Part shown: positions 35,001 to 47,600 of the stretch, piece after piece | Numbering within the stretch: the first letter of the stretch is position 1 | Layout: each line of letters begins with the position of its first letter | Source of the DNA: Octopus sinensis | Lineage: Eukaryota | NCBI RefSeq assembly: GCF_006345805.1 | Contig: NC_043003.1 | Span: forward strand, 38,750,001-38,814,000 | Reading direction: 5' to 3' | Length of the DNA: 64,000 nt | Position numbers and translations under genes: made by a program | The notes under the pieces: generated by a model | What the model was told of the DNA's origin: nothing | The model's database searches: none | Seen by the model: only the letters and a program-made list of their open reading frames with translations

Positions 35001-37630
35001 GTCTACTCTGACCCAGAGTGGTAGCATCTGTCATGGTCCCAGCTATTGGTTAAATAGCTTGTAATCACCTGAGCCAGGTCATGCTAAAATCATGAGATGC
35101 AGCATGGTAGATGCAAACTGTTTAAGCAAATGAACTTTATTGAATCAATGGCAAATATTAGATGCTGTGCCTATAAACAGACAAAAAAACTGTCACAGAC
35201 TAGGATCAATTAATTCAGTTAGTGAACTACTGCTATCATCTGCAGTCATAGCATACACAGCTGAGATATTTCAGCCAGTGAAAGACCGATGTGACTAAAA
35301 CCCAAGTCGGATATTCATGTTGCATCACTTGGTCAGAAGTTGCAATGGTCCAGGCAAGCTGCCAGACGTGATGATTATGATGATAGCGATGACTTCTTCT
35401 TTACATCCTAGGCTTCACCATGTACACCTTGGAAGCAATATATAGTGGAAAGATCTTTCAGATTCTGTACCTTCCTTATCTATCTCGCTTATTCCATCTA
35501 ATGCTTCTTTCTGCAGTCTCTAATCATTGGTTAAGGATGGATAGTATATTCATAGCCAGTTGTTTATGCCATTTCATAGTGAGAGTCAAGCCAGTCTGAC
35601 TTGTGGGTTCATTTGTGTGGGAGGTGACCTGGTGGTTAGCTGGTTTCCTGAAGATGGTGTTGCAAATAACTAAGTTATTACAATATAAAATTTGAAGAGG
35701 CTTGACTCCTTTTTATTCCTTGTATTATAGCCATAGCTGACATCTACACTGGAGTAGCCATCCTATTGTTGTCCAACATATCTAATAAAGGTGCCAGCTA
35801 CAATAACGAAGTTACTCTCATCTATTACCAAGGTAGTCAGTGAAAGGACTTCACAGAAACAATCCTTTTGTTCATCTGACACTTATGATTATGACAGAGA
35901 TCACTTTTGGTCTTATGTTGCCATGACTAGTCTAAACTTAATTATTCTGTCACTCTAACTACCTCAATTACACTAGCCATTTCTCTGCTGACAATATACC
36001 TACTCTAGTTGTAGAATTTGTAATATTGGTCAAATGTCTTCTACTATAGTTCCAGACCAAATAAGGCTTAATGAGATTTGGTTGACAGAACCTGAAAGAA
36101 GCTTACCACAGAAAATGTATTTCACCAAATTCTATCTGACTCCTGTAAGCATGGAAAAGTGGATGTTGAAACTACGATGATGTTCCTTGCTTGTGAAGAG
36201 CCTGGCTGAGACACACCTCCATCTTACAGGACACCTCAACATGCCTCTGCTTTAGCATCTCTGTAACTTCTCCAAACCTAGTTTTTAACCATGCTAATGT
36301 CAATGGCAGCAGCTGTAAGGTTTCCACCATCAGAGTTTTCAGTGGTGGGCATATGTGATAGTGGGTGAGCTGCTTGATGTATGTGTGTGCACCTGATGGT
36401 AGAGACTTGTTGACCCAAGTCATTATAGTTGAGGGGGGTACTCACACCTAACTGCCCCTCTACTGTGCATGTCACTGGTCCCACTGATGCAGTTGATGCA
36501 TTTCCTTCAATTCTGTGAAAGGTAAATATTTCTGGCATGATATTTACCTTTGGCTGCTTTATATCTGTTGCCAACTACTTTATAACATGGACTGGCACAT
36601 TTTATCATGTCACTGGCACTAGAGAGATCTCTCAGATGATACTGTCCTCTTTACACAATCAGTCTTACAGTTATTACTCTCCTTAGTGGGTTGCCTTCAC
36701 TACAATATGTTGAACACACATCTTCTCCATATGATAAGGGCAGGACCTTTTTTTTGTATATTTTGGGTTGTTTGGAATACTTCTTTCCTAGACAGGCCTC
36801 TACAACTCAAAAGCCTTGTCTCCCTATGATGTAGGGAAGGGATTAAGTTACCAATGGTGCTCACAGTGGTAGTCTAATGCTCTTATGGATAAAGGTTGTC
36901 TCTGTGATGTAAGATGGAACTTGGTTGTCAAGAGAATTTGTGATAGTGGGCTAAGGCATAGAAGTTCTCCATTATTTATCTAAAGGGAAGGAGGAGCTAA
37001 GAGATGTAATGTAGAGTAGCTGGGAATGAGATTGCCTCCATAAGGCTACATAGATCAGACTGTTTAACTGCCAAGGGAACCTATTTTGATAGTTAAAAGG
37101 TGGCTGGATCTACTAGCCAGCTTTGTGGATTAGTTTTATCAACGTTCTGCATGAATAATAATTGTGACAACAAATATGAAAATGTTTGTCTTCATGTTAA
37201 TTTTGAAATACTGCAAACTTTCTTAAATTACACATGTATATAATATAAGGCACCATTCGAGCGTGATCGTTACCAGCATCGCCTTACTGGCACCTGTGCT
37301 GGTGGCATGTGTAAAAAGATTCGAGCGAGGTCGTTGCCAGTACCGCCTGACTGGCCCCTGTGCCAGTGGCACATAAAAGCACCCACTACACTCTCGGAGT
37401 GGTTGGCGTTAGGAAGGGCATCCAGCTGTAGAAACTCTGCCAGATCAAGATTGGAGCCTGGTGCAGCCATCTGGTTTGCCAGCCCTCAGTTAAATTGTCT
37501 AACCCATGCTAGCATGGAAAGCGGATGTTAAATGATGATGATATAACATGCATCATCATCATCATCGTCGTTTAAATGTATATTCTTATAAATGCCTCAA
37601 TTTACATACATGCATATTTTCCTTTTTTAG

Positions 37631-37760
37631 GCAATTTTGCCAAACTCTGTGAGTTTATCAACAAAAGTACTGACTTTTTAGCGAAGAATTCCAGTCATCT
37701 TGACAACGTGATTGCTACATTAGACTGCCAGAAACATTCGTTTGGAATCTTGGGCATTTT
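37631..37760 (+). CDS. COPS3: COPS3 exon 2
   Basis: ttttttag|GC...TT|gtaagt; NFAKLCEFINKSTDFLAKNSSHLDNVIATLDCQKHSFGILGI; 130 nt. Confidence 0.93.
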
Positions 37761-38165
37761 GTAAGTGAATTTATTTATTTTTGTGTGTTCAATTATTCAT
37801 TGCAATATTATTATAGATAATTTTTGATTTGATGTTAGTTAATCTGAACATGGGACCCACCCAGAGCTTTCCTCAGTTTTCCTATCACCATTGGTGATGA
37901 TAAGTTAGTGATCTGTTTTATTAATGCACTTAGTGGTGGGCTAGATCTTGTGTAAAAGTTATTTGTTAACTCTTTAACATTTAGACCAGCCATATCTTGC
38001 CCAAATATTCTACCTGTTTTATGTCCAAACTAGCCTGCTCCTGCCTCTAGCATCTACCTTACAATACCATTCTAAAAGTAAACAGTCACATCATTGAGAT
38101 TTCTAAGGTACCAGACAATGCATGATTAATTCAAAACAATGTGAATAAACATATGCATTACATCT

Positions 38166-38576
38166 TATTTCTTTATTGCCCATAAGGGGCTAAACATAGA
38201 GGGGACAAACAAAGGGATTAAGTCGATTACATCGACCCCAGTGCGTAACGTACTTAATTTATCGACCCCGAAAGGATGAAAGGCAAAGTTGACCTCAGCA
38301 GAATTTGAACTCAGGACGTAGCGGTAGACAAAATACCTATTTCTTTACTACCCACAAGGAGCTAAACACAGAGAGGACAAACAAGGACAGATAAACGGAT
38401 TAAGTCGATTATATCGACCCCAGTGTGTAACTGGTACTTATTTAATCGACCCCAAAAGGATGAAAGGCAAAGTTGACCTCGGCAAAATTTGAACTCAGAA
38501 CGTAACGGCAGGCGAAATACTGCTAAGCATTTCGCCCGGCGTGCTAACGTTTCTGCCAGCTTGCCGCCTTTTTATG
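38166..38576 (-). mobile_element. Dimeric tRNA-derived SINE (family 1) with TSD, inserted in a piggyBac-like MITE
   Basis: Same dimer junction (AAATACC|TATTTCTTTA) as 2865-3259; TSD TGCATTACATCT at 38154-38165 and 38577-38588. Confidence 0.85.
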
Positions 38577-39256
38577 TGCATTACATCTGACAGTAATCCG
38601 AATGCTAAATAAGGAGAAATCTAGATGCTGGCATAGGGTTGTCACAGGCATAGTAGGATGCAGGACAAAATTTTTTACAGTATTTAGTTACATTCCTGTA
38701 TGTTTTGAGTTTAGATCCCTCCAGGATCCTTCCTAGGTCAATAAAATAAGCGTTGTCAAGTAACTAGATCAATTCAGTCAACTATATTCTCCCTTGAAAG
38801 ACATTTGTGGCAGTATGCCTTCTGTTAGGAATCATCATTATTACCATTATTAGTTAAGGCAGAGGATTAGCATTTCTAGAGTGTCAGATGAAATGTCTTG
38901 CTAGATTTATTTTGGCTGTTTATATCTTGCAGAGGTCAACTATGCTTTCATCCTTTCAGCTTTATTGTTCCATTTTGTATTTGAAAAAGACAGCATATTT
39001 TAATTTGTGATACTCCTTACTAATTTGTTTTTAACTAACATGTCCACAACTTTATTTAAATTTTTATCAATGTCTGAAACAACTTATGAGAAAGTGTTGT
39101 AAATCTGGCACATATGCAGTGCCTTTCCATTTGGTGTTGATAAAAATCTTGAAGATGTGGAATTATGTTCATGTTGTTACCGTTGCTTGTTATATCACAC
39201 ATAACTTATCTTCTATCTGTTTGTTTATGTTTTCTGATCTTTTATTTCCTTTTAAG

Positions 39257-39369
39257 GTGTGTAAAGTATAACTTGAGTAACATTCCAGACTTTGAAACTT
39301 TGTATGTCCAGACTCAGGATTTTATACTCTCATGCAATGGCGAACATGTTAGAAATGCAACTAGTAGCT
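39257..39369 (+). CDS. COPS3: COPS3 exon 3
   Basis: ttttaag|G...T|gtaagt; CVKYNLSNIPDFETLYVQTQDFILSCNGEHVRNATSS; 113 nt. Confidence 0.93.
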
Positions 39370-41198
39370 GTAAGTATCTTTTTGTCTAACATAACATTTC
39401 TTTTCCTTGTTGTTATTGTTGCTTTTATCTGATAGCCTCACTTCAAGCAGTTGCTTTTGTGATGTATCTCGTAATGCTGTGTCAGGAATCTCTGTCCTGC
39501 ATTGGTTTTTGAAGATCCTCACTTTCATGTTGCATGTGTGTCTGACAATAACATCAGTGTAGTTGAGTGATCTTCATTTTTTGTTAGGCTGCAGAAATTT
39601 CCAAAATAACACATCCAAGCTAGCATGTTGTTCAGCATGATATTTATGGTCAGCAAAGTTTATCCTGTTTTGAGCAATAATAATAGTGATAGGTGGAATG
39701 TGTCCATGATCTTGAGCTCCTGCCATGAGATGTTTTGAGCCCTTATGGTATATACACTTGAGCCTGATGTATACACCATGAAGGTGCTCTTGAAGCTTCT
39801 ATATAATTGAGGCTTCATCTCTGTAGAGAAAATGCTTTCTACACATGTCCTGAAGGTAAACCTTGTTGACTTTGAAAAGCTTAATTGACTTGAAAAGCTT
39901 AATTGCACGTAAAAAGCACCATCCAAACGTGGCTGATGCCAGTGCTGCCTGACTGGCTCCTGTGCTGGTGAAAGCACCCACTACACTCTCGAAGTGAATA
40001 GCGTTAGGAAGGGCATCCAGCTGTAGAAACATTGCCTGATCAGATTGGAGCTTGGTGTGGCCACCTGGCTTGCCTGTCCCCAGTCAAACCGTCCAACCTA
40101 TGCCAGCATGGAAAACGGACGTTAAACGATGATGATGATGATGAAATCCACATGTACAATTAATACCTTTTGTTTGGCAATTCTGAGCACTTTTTCAATT
40201 CTTCGTAGGGCAAAGATCTGTGATAGTGTTGATCTACTTTTATAGACACCATTTTGATTCTGTCTTACAATAGCATCAGTGTGAGGGGAAATTCTATAAG
40301 AGAGTATTCAGTAGTAAATTATTGTGACAAGAGGTGAGAGTATGATAGCTCCCCTCAGCTTTGATAAGATATTTATGGTTTTGTTGTAGAGGAGCAGATC
40401 TGTTGTGGGTTTGTTGTACACTATTGTTATACATTATTATTTAAACCACAATATAACCCACTACATTGTGTATATATATTTCTTTGCTGAGATCCTGTTT
40501 GAAGTCTGTTTATTTGGCAATAAACTTAAAATAGTGGATAATTTAATCAGCTTCAGCTATTATGTAATAAATATCACCATTGTTTTAACATCAGCTTTTC
40601 CATGCTTTCATCGGTCAGATGAAACTTTATTGAGGTAGATATTTGCTTTAGCATGATACTCTTCCTGTCACCAACTCTCGTCTGTTTACGAGCAAGAGAA
40701 TATTTCCTCTAATCTACTGAACTGTGAAAAGCCCAGACATGTTTTCACAGAGAATTGTGAACAAAAGACTCTATTTGCAAGAACTGTAACACTTTGCTTA
40801 CAATCAAAATGCAAATATCAAGACAGTAAAATATGCATGCATGTGCGCACATACACGTGCAGTGGATTTCTTTCAGTTTCTATCTATCAAATTTCACTCA
40901 CAAAGTATAGACCAGCCTGCAGCTCTAGTAGAAGATACAGCTGACAGTGGGAGCGAACACCAAGCCATGTAGCTCTGGAGCAAACTTTTTAACCTCGCCA
41001 CTATTCCTGCTCCTACATACACACACACACACATTTCTTTACTGATATGCATTATAAAGTTTGCTTATTTGGACCATGAACCTTATGAAGGAAATTATGA
41101 AAGACCAAAATGGTTGGCAATATGTATTTCATGACAAGACCCACCCACATCAGCATAACAGCTCCAGCTCAGCAGTGTGTGTGTGTGAATGTATATAT

Positions 41199-41274
<76 letters not shown>

Positions 41275-42673
41275 GTGTATATATATATATATATATATGT
41301 ACACACAATTGCACAATTATGCCCTCAACCCCATTTCCTTCCTCCTCCAGACCCCACCCACTAACAGCAGTTCCTCTATAACTACTACCCAGAACCACTT
41401 TACTCATTATCCATTGTTCATCCATTAATTCTGATCTCTACCCATACTTTCATTGATCATTCCTACCCACCACCACTACTGTGCCACCAAATTATGTCTC
41501 CTCCCTACTATCTTACACCCCCTCCCTCCTCATACACTGTACCGGCCTCTCTTTCTCTCTCTTATGCCCCACCCACTCCTGCCACCTACCCAACAGTATG
41601 TCAGTTCTCTTTCATCGCTCCTTTTACTGTATCATCATCATCATCATCTCTATTCTGCTACCCACTTCCAGACATCCCTCACTCCTCCTCCACCTTCTTG
41701 CAGCACTCCTACCCTACTCATTCATACCTACCTTGTAACCTGAAGGTTCATTCTAACCCCTATCACAAATTTCCAATTCCACCCCCAATCCCTCTTTTCT
41801 AAAATGTGAGTAGTCATGTAGCTCCTCTTCAGCAAGTAACCTACTTTGCTTCAGCCCTTTTCTCTTAGACTTTGCTCTTCTCTACTCCTTATTCTCTTAG
41901 CACTTGAGGTCGGTAGTCTTGAAACTGCATGGCAATTTCACTAGTGCTGGTGGCATCAAAAACACCACCCACCTCATACAGTTAAGTGGTTGGTATTAGA
42001 AAGGGCATCCAGCCATGGAAACCATGCCAAAGCATAACGTAGTCCTTTGATTCATTGGATCTTGTCAAGCTATCCAATGGATGCCAGCATGGAACATGGA
42101 TGTTAAATGATGATGATGATATTTTAAATAAGTGAAAATTAGTTAACTTTTGCTATTATATAACAAATAAGGTAAAGGTAAAGGCTCCTTTTGGTCATGA
42201 ATGACCATGGTATTTGGACCTAGAAAGTTCCCCTGCGAGGCACACCAGCAGTCATCCATGCATACCAGCCTCCCCTCTCCATGCCACTGAGGTTATCCAA
42301 GGGAAAGGCAAAGGCCAATATAGCTTGACACCAGTGACATCGCAACTCATTTCTACGGCTGAGTGAACTGGAGCAATGTGAAATAAAGTGTCCTGCTGAA
42401 GAACACAACATACAGCCTGGTCTGGGAATTGAACTCACTACTTCATGATTGTGAGCCTGATGCTCTAACCACTGGGTCATGTGCCTTCAGTTACTTGACA
42501 TAACACATTGAGTGATCCTTGTTTTTTCTGAATGGTTAATGTGTCTTCCATGCTGTAATTGTTTTAGTTTCAACATATGGTCTTATGTCAGACGAGTGCT
42601 TCTCCAAAATAATAGCTGTTTTCTTCTTTAATATTATTTTAATATTGTTATATTTTGGGTTGGTGATTTTTCG

Positions 42674-42960
42674 TTTTTTTTGCCAAATAAACACAAGCAC
42701 TATTTATTCATTCTTCATTTGTTTATTATTGTTCTTATTTTATCTTATGTCCTTTGTCTGGAAATATTCTGTCACACATCTGTGACCTCTTCAATGACCT
42801 GGTGGAGCAGGAGGATACACTTGGATGGAAAGTGTCACTGAAGAGGTCACAGATGTGTGACGAAAGAATTCCAGACAATAAACATAAGACAAAATAAGGA
42901 TGATAATAAATGAGTGAAGAACAAATATATAATGTATGTGTTTATAGGCAAAAAAAAAAA
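42674..42960. repeat. Long foldback (about 125-bp imperfect arms) containing a hammerhead-like core
   Basis: 42674-42798 is an imperfect inverted copy of 42834-42960; CTGAAGA-G-GTCACA-GATG-TGTGAC-GAAA at 42838-42865. Confidence 0.8.
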
Positions 42961-43111
42961 TGACCATTCTGAATTGTAACAATATCTGTTTCAACACATG
43001 ATTTCACTTCAGGAATCTTGCAACACAAATTCATAAACATATTATTTTAATATTTTTTGAATATTGATAATTTACTTTTATTTAAACGAAACGTTTTGCT
43101 TCTTTGTTTAG

Positions 43112-43164
43112 TTGCTGATCTTTGTCACAAGTTTACTCAATACTTGATGGACAGCACAAGACAG
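43112..43164 (+). CDS. COPS3: COPS3 exon 4
   Basis: tgtttag|TT...CAG|gtaagt; (F)ADLCHKFTQYLMDSTRQ; 53 nt. Confidence 0.9.
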
Positions 43165-43349
43165 GTAAGTGCCATGATTATATATGTACTTTACAACTGC
43201 AATTGTAGCATATGATTTCACCTCCTGCCCTCATGAATACAGCCTCGAGATGCTTAAACTTCTTAAAAAAAACTGACAGAATTTTACGTTTATCACCAAA
43301 ACAAATAGATTTATAAATCTTATGTCAAACTTTTATTGAAAAATTTTCA

Positions 43350-43701
43350 ACATGTCTGTAACCCTGCATACTTCAAATTGCTCCTTAGTATTGTGAAACA
43401 AATTTCGAAGCATTTCAGGAGTTAGTTCCTGCACTGCTAACTGAATGTTCTTCTTTAAGCTCAGCTAAATGGTTGCTCCATCTTGGGGATGGAGGTAAAG
43501 AAAATGATTGCTGCCAAATTGAAGAAAATGCTTTCACAGACAAATAAGAGGGGTCCAACAGGAATGAAAATAAAATTATAAACAAAATTCAAAATTTATA
43601 CATTTTTAACACATTAAACATGATAAACACATATAGAAGTGAGTCTAAAAATAAAATGCACCCGATTTCTCTCAAATCATCATTAATTCTGGGACACCCT
43701 A
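43350..43701 (-). mobile_element. Internally deleted Tc1/mariner-superfamily remnant
   Basis: Minus-strand end TA|TAGGGTGTCCCAGAATTAATG and a transposase C-terminal-like KNIQLAVQELTPEMLRNLFHNTKEQFEVC; second TIR not found. Confidence 0.5.
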
Positions 43702-44007
43702 TATTTACTAGTCCGACTAAATGGGGGAGGAAACACAGGGGGTACTAATTGCAGATGATGAGCATAGCTTCTGGAAGTGGTCATGCAGTCAAACTCAGAT
43801 GGCTGTGAGTCACAACAGCAGTTTGTTTTTTTTTTTGTATGAATATTTTGCATTATATAGTTCAGACATGGATGACATAGAAAGCAGACATGCTACCGGG
43901 CCAGGCTGTGTTGCGCAGGATTGGAAACTTGAAACCTCAACAGGGCACTTCTGGCGAATGGATGAATGGGTTTATTGTGCCTTTACCCAGCTGCACACAC
44001 ACACACA

Positions 44008-44525
44008 TAGCCCAGTGGTGCACGGGATGGTAACATGAAGGGCGCTGACAAAAGTTTTAATGTTCTCATTTCCTCTGTAAAATTGGACAAACGGTTTTAA
44101 TGAAATATTATACGCTATTTATAATGCATAAATAGTGTCAATATTTTATTGTTGGAAAATGGCCTAAAACAAAGATAATACCCAGTGCAGTATACTTAAA
44201 TCTGATTAATCTGCATTTTTTGTTGGAAATTTATTTTAGTCAATAGCAATTCGAGGAGCCTGATTAATGTTTGTTGCTAATTTGGAGAAAAGCGACTGGA
44301 TACTCTTCAAGTTATGGGCCTTAACACAGTGAAAATGCCTAAAAAATGCGGTTTATCTGCCCCTGCATTAGGCAAGAAGTTGAAAATTGTTTTGGCCATG
44401 ACACTCCATGGACCTTATGTAATGCATGTGTAAAATTCCATTAAAATTGTTTGGGTGGATCTCAAGTTTTAATGACATGACAAACACAGAGACAAACACA
44501 CATCCTGTATCTTTTTATATATAGA
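44008..44525 (-). mobile_element. Non-autonomous Helitron-like element
   Basis: Minus-strand 5' TCTATATATAAAAAG; 3' CCCGTGCACCACTGGGCTAT hairpin remnant; related copy at about 20883-21227 (-). Confidence 0.55.
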
Positions 44526-44556
44526 TAAACATTAATTCATTGTTGTCTTTTTCCAG

Positions 44557-44658
44557 CCATCTCAAGCAATGCGAGGAATACCCATCTTAATTAAAGCCAT
44601 CACCAAGATTCAGCTGTTTCCCTCCCAGCTAACTTCTATTCATAGTGATCTCTGCAAG
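44557..44658 (+). CDS. COPS3: COPS3 exon 5
   Basis: tttccag|CCA...AAG|gttaga; PSQAMRGIPILIKAITKIQLFPSQLTSIHSDLCK; 102 nt. Confidence 0.88.
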
Positions 44659-45316
44659 GTTAGAAATTTTCATGTTAATTCTTTTCTGGTTGCCATGCTA
44701 TCCCTATTGTGACTTATACTGACTGAAGTCTGTGTTACTACTATGAATATGTTTGATGCGATATTATTACAGAGTTGAAGGTGGCATGCTGGCAGAATCA
44801 TTAGCATGCCAGACAAAATGCTTAGTGACTTTTCTTCTGGCTTTATGCTCTGAGTTCAAATTCCACCAAAGTTGATTTTGCCTTTCATCTTTTCAGGGTT
44901 GGTCACTGGGACTGATGTAATCAACTTCCCCACTGCTCAAAATTGTTGGCCTTGTGCCAAAATAAGGATATTATTTGAGAGTTGATTAACCCTGTTCTAG
45001 CCACCAATATCTTTTCTACTTGATCTAGACTTGTACAAAATACGTATATGTGTTTGTATATGTCTGTATGTTATATTTCTGATCTCAGACTAGATGAAAG
45101 CATGATGTATCTGAAAAAGTTAGTTATAGGGGTTCTGTTTGAATGTATGAATGACTATAATGATACTTATGTTTCATCTAAGCATTTAAAATCAACAGCA
45201 GTAACAGCTACACGTTATCAAAAGCTAATGGGGATTTCAAGCCAAAACAACCCTGTCTAAGCTAAACAATCATAGAAACCAGATGTAGAATGCCAGTGTA
45301 GCAAAATGATGTTTAA

Positions 45317-45440
45317 CCCTTTAGCTTTCATATTATTCTGTTAAATGTAAAGCTTATTTATTTACATCATTTTGAATGAATCCTGCATTGTCTTGTGACT
45401 TTGAGATTTTGATGAAGTAATTGGTTTAAGTGCTAAAGGG
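45317..45440. mobile_element. piggyBac-like MITE
   Basis: TTAA|CCCTTTAGC ... GCTAAAGGG|TTA. Related elements at 12887-13107, 29315-29511 (GGG|TTAA end) and 37970-38609. Confidence 0.7.
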
Positions 45441-45999
45441 TTATCATCATCATCATCGTTTAACGTCCGTTTTCCATACTAGCATGGGTTGGACGGTTCA
45501 ACTGAGGTCTGGGAAACCAGAAGGCTGCGCCAGGCCCAGTCTGATCTGGCAGTGTTTCTACAGCTGGATGCCCTTCCTAACGCCAACCTCTCTGTGAGTG
45601 TAGTGGGTGCTTTTTACGTGCCACCGGCACGGGGGCCAGACAGGGCTGGCAACAGCCACAATCGGATGGTGCTTTTTACGTACCAACGGCACGGAGGCCA
45701 GTCGGGCTGGCGCTGGCAACGGCCACGTTCGGATGGTTCTCTTACATGCCACCGGCACTGGTATCACAGCTACAAATTCCATTGATGTTGATCGATTTCG
45801 ATTTTGATTTTCACTTGCCTCAACAGGGATTTTTAAATATTGATAATGAGAAAGATGATAGTGACAATTACAATGTTGATAATGAGAAGTAAAAAGCTTG
45901 ACATGAAACCTGAGTGTGCTTTCTCTCTGTCTGTGTGTCTATTCACAATGAGTTTACTGTAATGCATCTGTTTTCATTCTTCTTATTTCTCTTTTGCAG

Positions 46000-46074
46000 T
46001 TGTGTTTGCAATCCAAAAACCTGCAGCCTGCCTTGCAGTTTTTAAATGTGGACTTTGTTGATATTGGCAATGAA
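46000..46074 (+). CDS. COPS3: COPS3 exon 6
   Basis: tttgcag|TTG...GAA|gtaagg; LCLQSKNLQPALQFLNVDFVDIGNE. Confidence 0.92.
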
Positions 46075-46786
46075 GTAAGGTGTATTTTATTTTATATTTC
46101 TTATATCTAAAATTTACTTTGAGTGTACTCCTGTGCATGTATACTTTTTTCAGGAAGTGGGCTGCATGAGCCATGGCCTATCAGTTGGGCTGCACTACTA
46201 AAACAGTTTAAGGCAATTTTTCGTTGGCCAATCATTCAGAAAGTCCTGTAGGCTCTAGTTTGCCCATGACTGGTCTTATTCAGTTTTGATAATTATAAGA
46301 ATAGGAAAACATAAATTACTGAATTTTGTTGTAAAGGATAATGCTTTTATCTGTATGGGTGTAGTCTGTGGGTTGCAGGCATGGTCACATGGTGAAGAAA
46401 TTTGCTTTGCAATCAGCAAGACCCCAAGTTTGATCTTATAGTATGAAACATTTGGTGTCTTCTACTCTAGTTTCAGTTCCACCCAAGTCTTGTGAATGAA
46501 ATTTGGTCAATGGGAACCCAATGGTCATTGGATGCACTTCACCTTTAATTCAATGGCTCAGCTTGTTAAACTAATGCAATACATGGTGTCTCATTAATTC
46601 AGCCCTAGGATTACGTAAAGCATATATGGAAAACTCAGCCTCTAGTACACTGTAATACAATGGAGGAGTATTTTTGTAATTCTTAAAACACTAATGTCTT
46701 CATTTTTGAAATTACATCCAACTCCACATGTACACTTGATGGGGTTTCTATAAATTTTGTTAAACATTCTGTTTTTACTTCTGCAG

Positions 46787-46891
46787 GGAGGTCACTATGA
46801 CGCCAAAGACTTCTTACTCTATTACTACTATGGTGGGATGATCTACACTGCTCTAAAGAACTATGATCGTGCTTTGTATTTCTTTGAAGTG
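46787..46891 (+). CDS. COPS3: COPS3 exon 7
   Basis: tctgcag|GGA...GTG|gtaagt; [35 protein letters not shown] with the conserved YYYYGGMIY motif. Confidence 0.95.
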
Positions 46892-47600
46892 GTAAGTAAT
46901 TTTTGACCAAAATGTTGTAAGTAGAAATTAGTTGACAAAAATCTGTGGAAATCTAGTGTATATGTATGTGTATGTGTGTATGCATATGTATGTGTGTATC
47001 ACTGAAGGACATAAACCTCCAAAAGGAAAAGAGTGCTTTTTCCATGAACCGTCTTGTGATATTTGTTCTGTGTCAAGTCACATATACTCCCTTGTCATTT
47101 TCTCTGCTAGTAATGCATGAACCAGTTATCGGCTTATTGGAAACCTGCAATCAACAACACATTATTTTTTTTTTTAATTACAGTATGTGCATGTGCATAT
47201 TTATGTTACTGTCTTCTGACCATGACATCTTGTAATAGTTGTGAGTGTCAATGTCATGTAAGCAGTGTCCTTCATTTCCAGTCTTCTGTGATAACATGTC
47301 TAATCATGGGGAAATTGTTCCTTCCTTGAAAAGAAGTGATTTTGGAAACAGGAAGGACATTCAGTCATAGAAAAATCTATGTAAAGAAATTCTGTCTCTG
47401 CCATGCAAGCTTGGAAATCTGCACACTAAAAATGATGGTGGTGATGAAGACTTGCAATCAAAGTATTGTAAGGGAAGCGACCCAAAATTAAACAGCTGAG
47501 TCACAACTAGCTAGTTAAGTGATGGATAAAGATTCTTAGAGCCTGATTGGATGAGGGATATTTTGGAATTAGAGGTAACTGTTGAATCAAGTGATTGTAC

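Larger units (their letters stand above)
29900..36430 (-). mobile_element. Ancient, heavily decayed RTE LINE sequence (antisense) interrupted by the young RTE and other insertions
   Basis: Minus-strand fragments: N-terminus LKTRFGEVTEMLKQRHVEV (about 36200-36300), APE fragments (35560-36005), EDNWEFLQDKLL/TWWWNN-like (about 31050-31190), and RT LEKTFDRVSHSVVW (about 30250-30300). These may represent more than one old copy. Confidence 0.7.

Noticed and set aside
31248-35020. Target-site duplication for the young RTE
   Set aside because: No matching direct repeat found at the two junctions. The 17-bp inverted similarity between 31250 and 35521 is explainable as chance within decayed RTE sequence.
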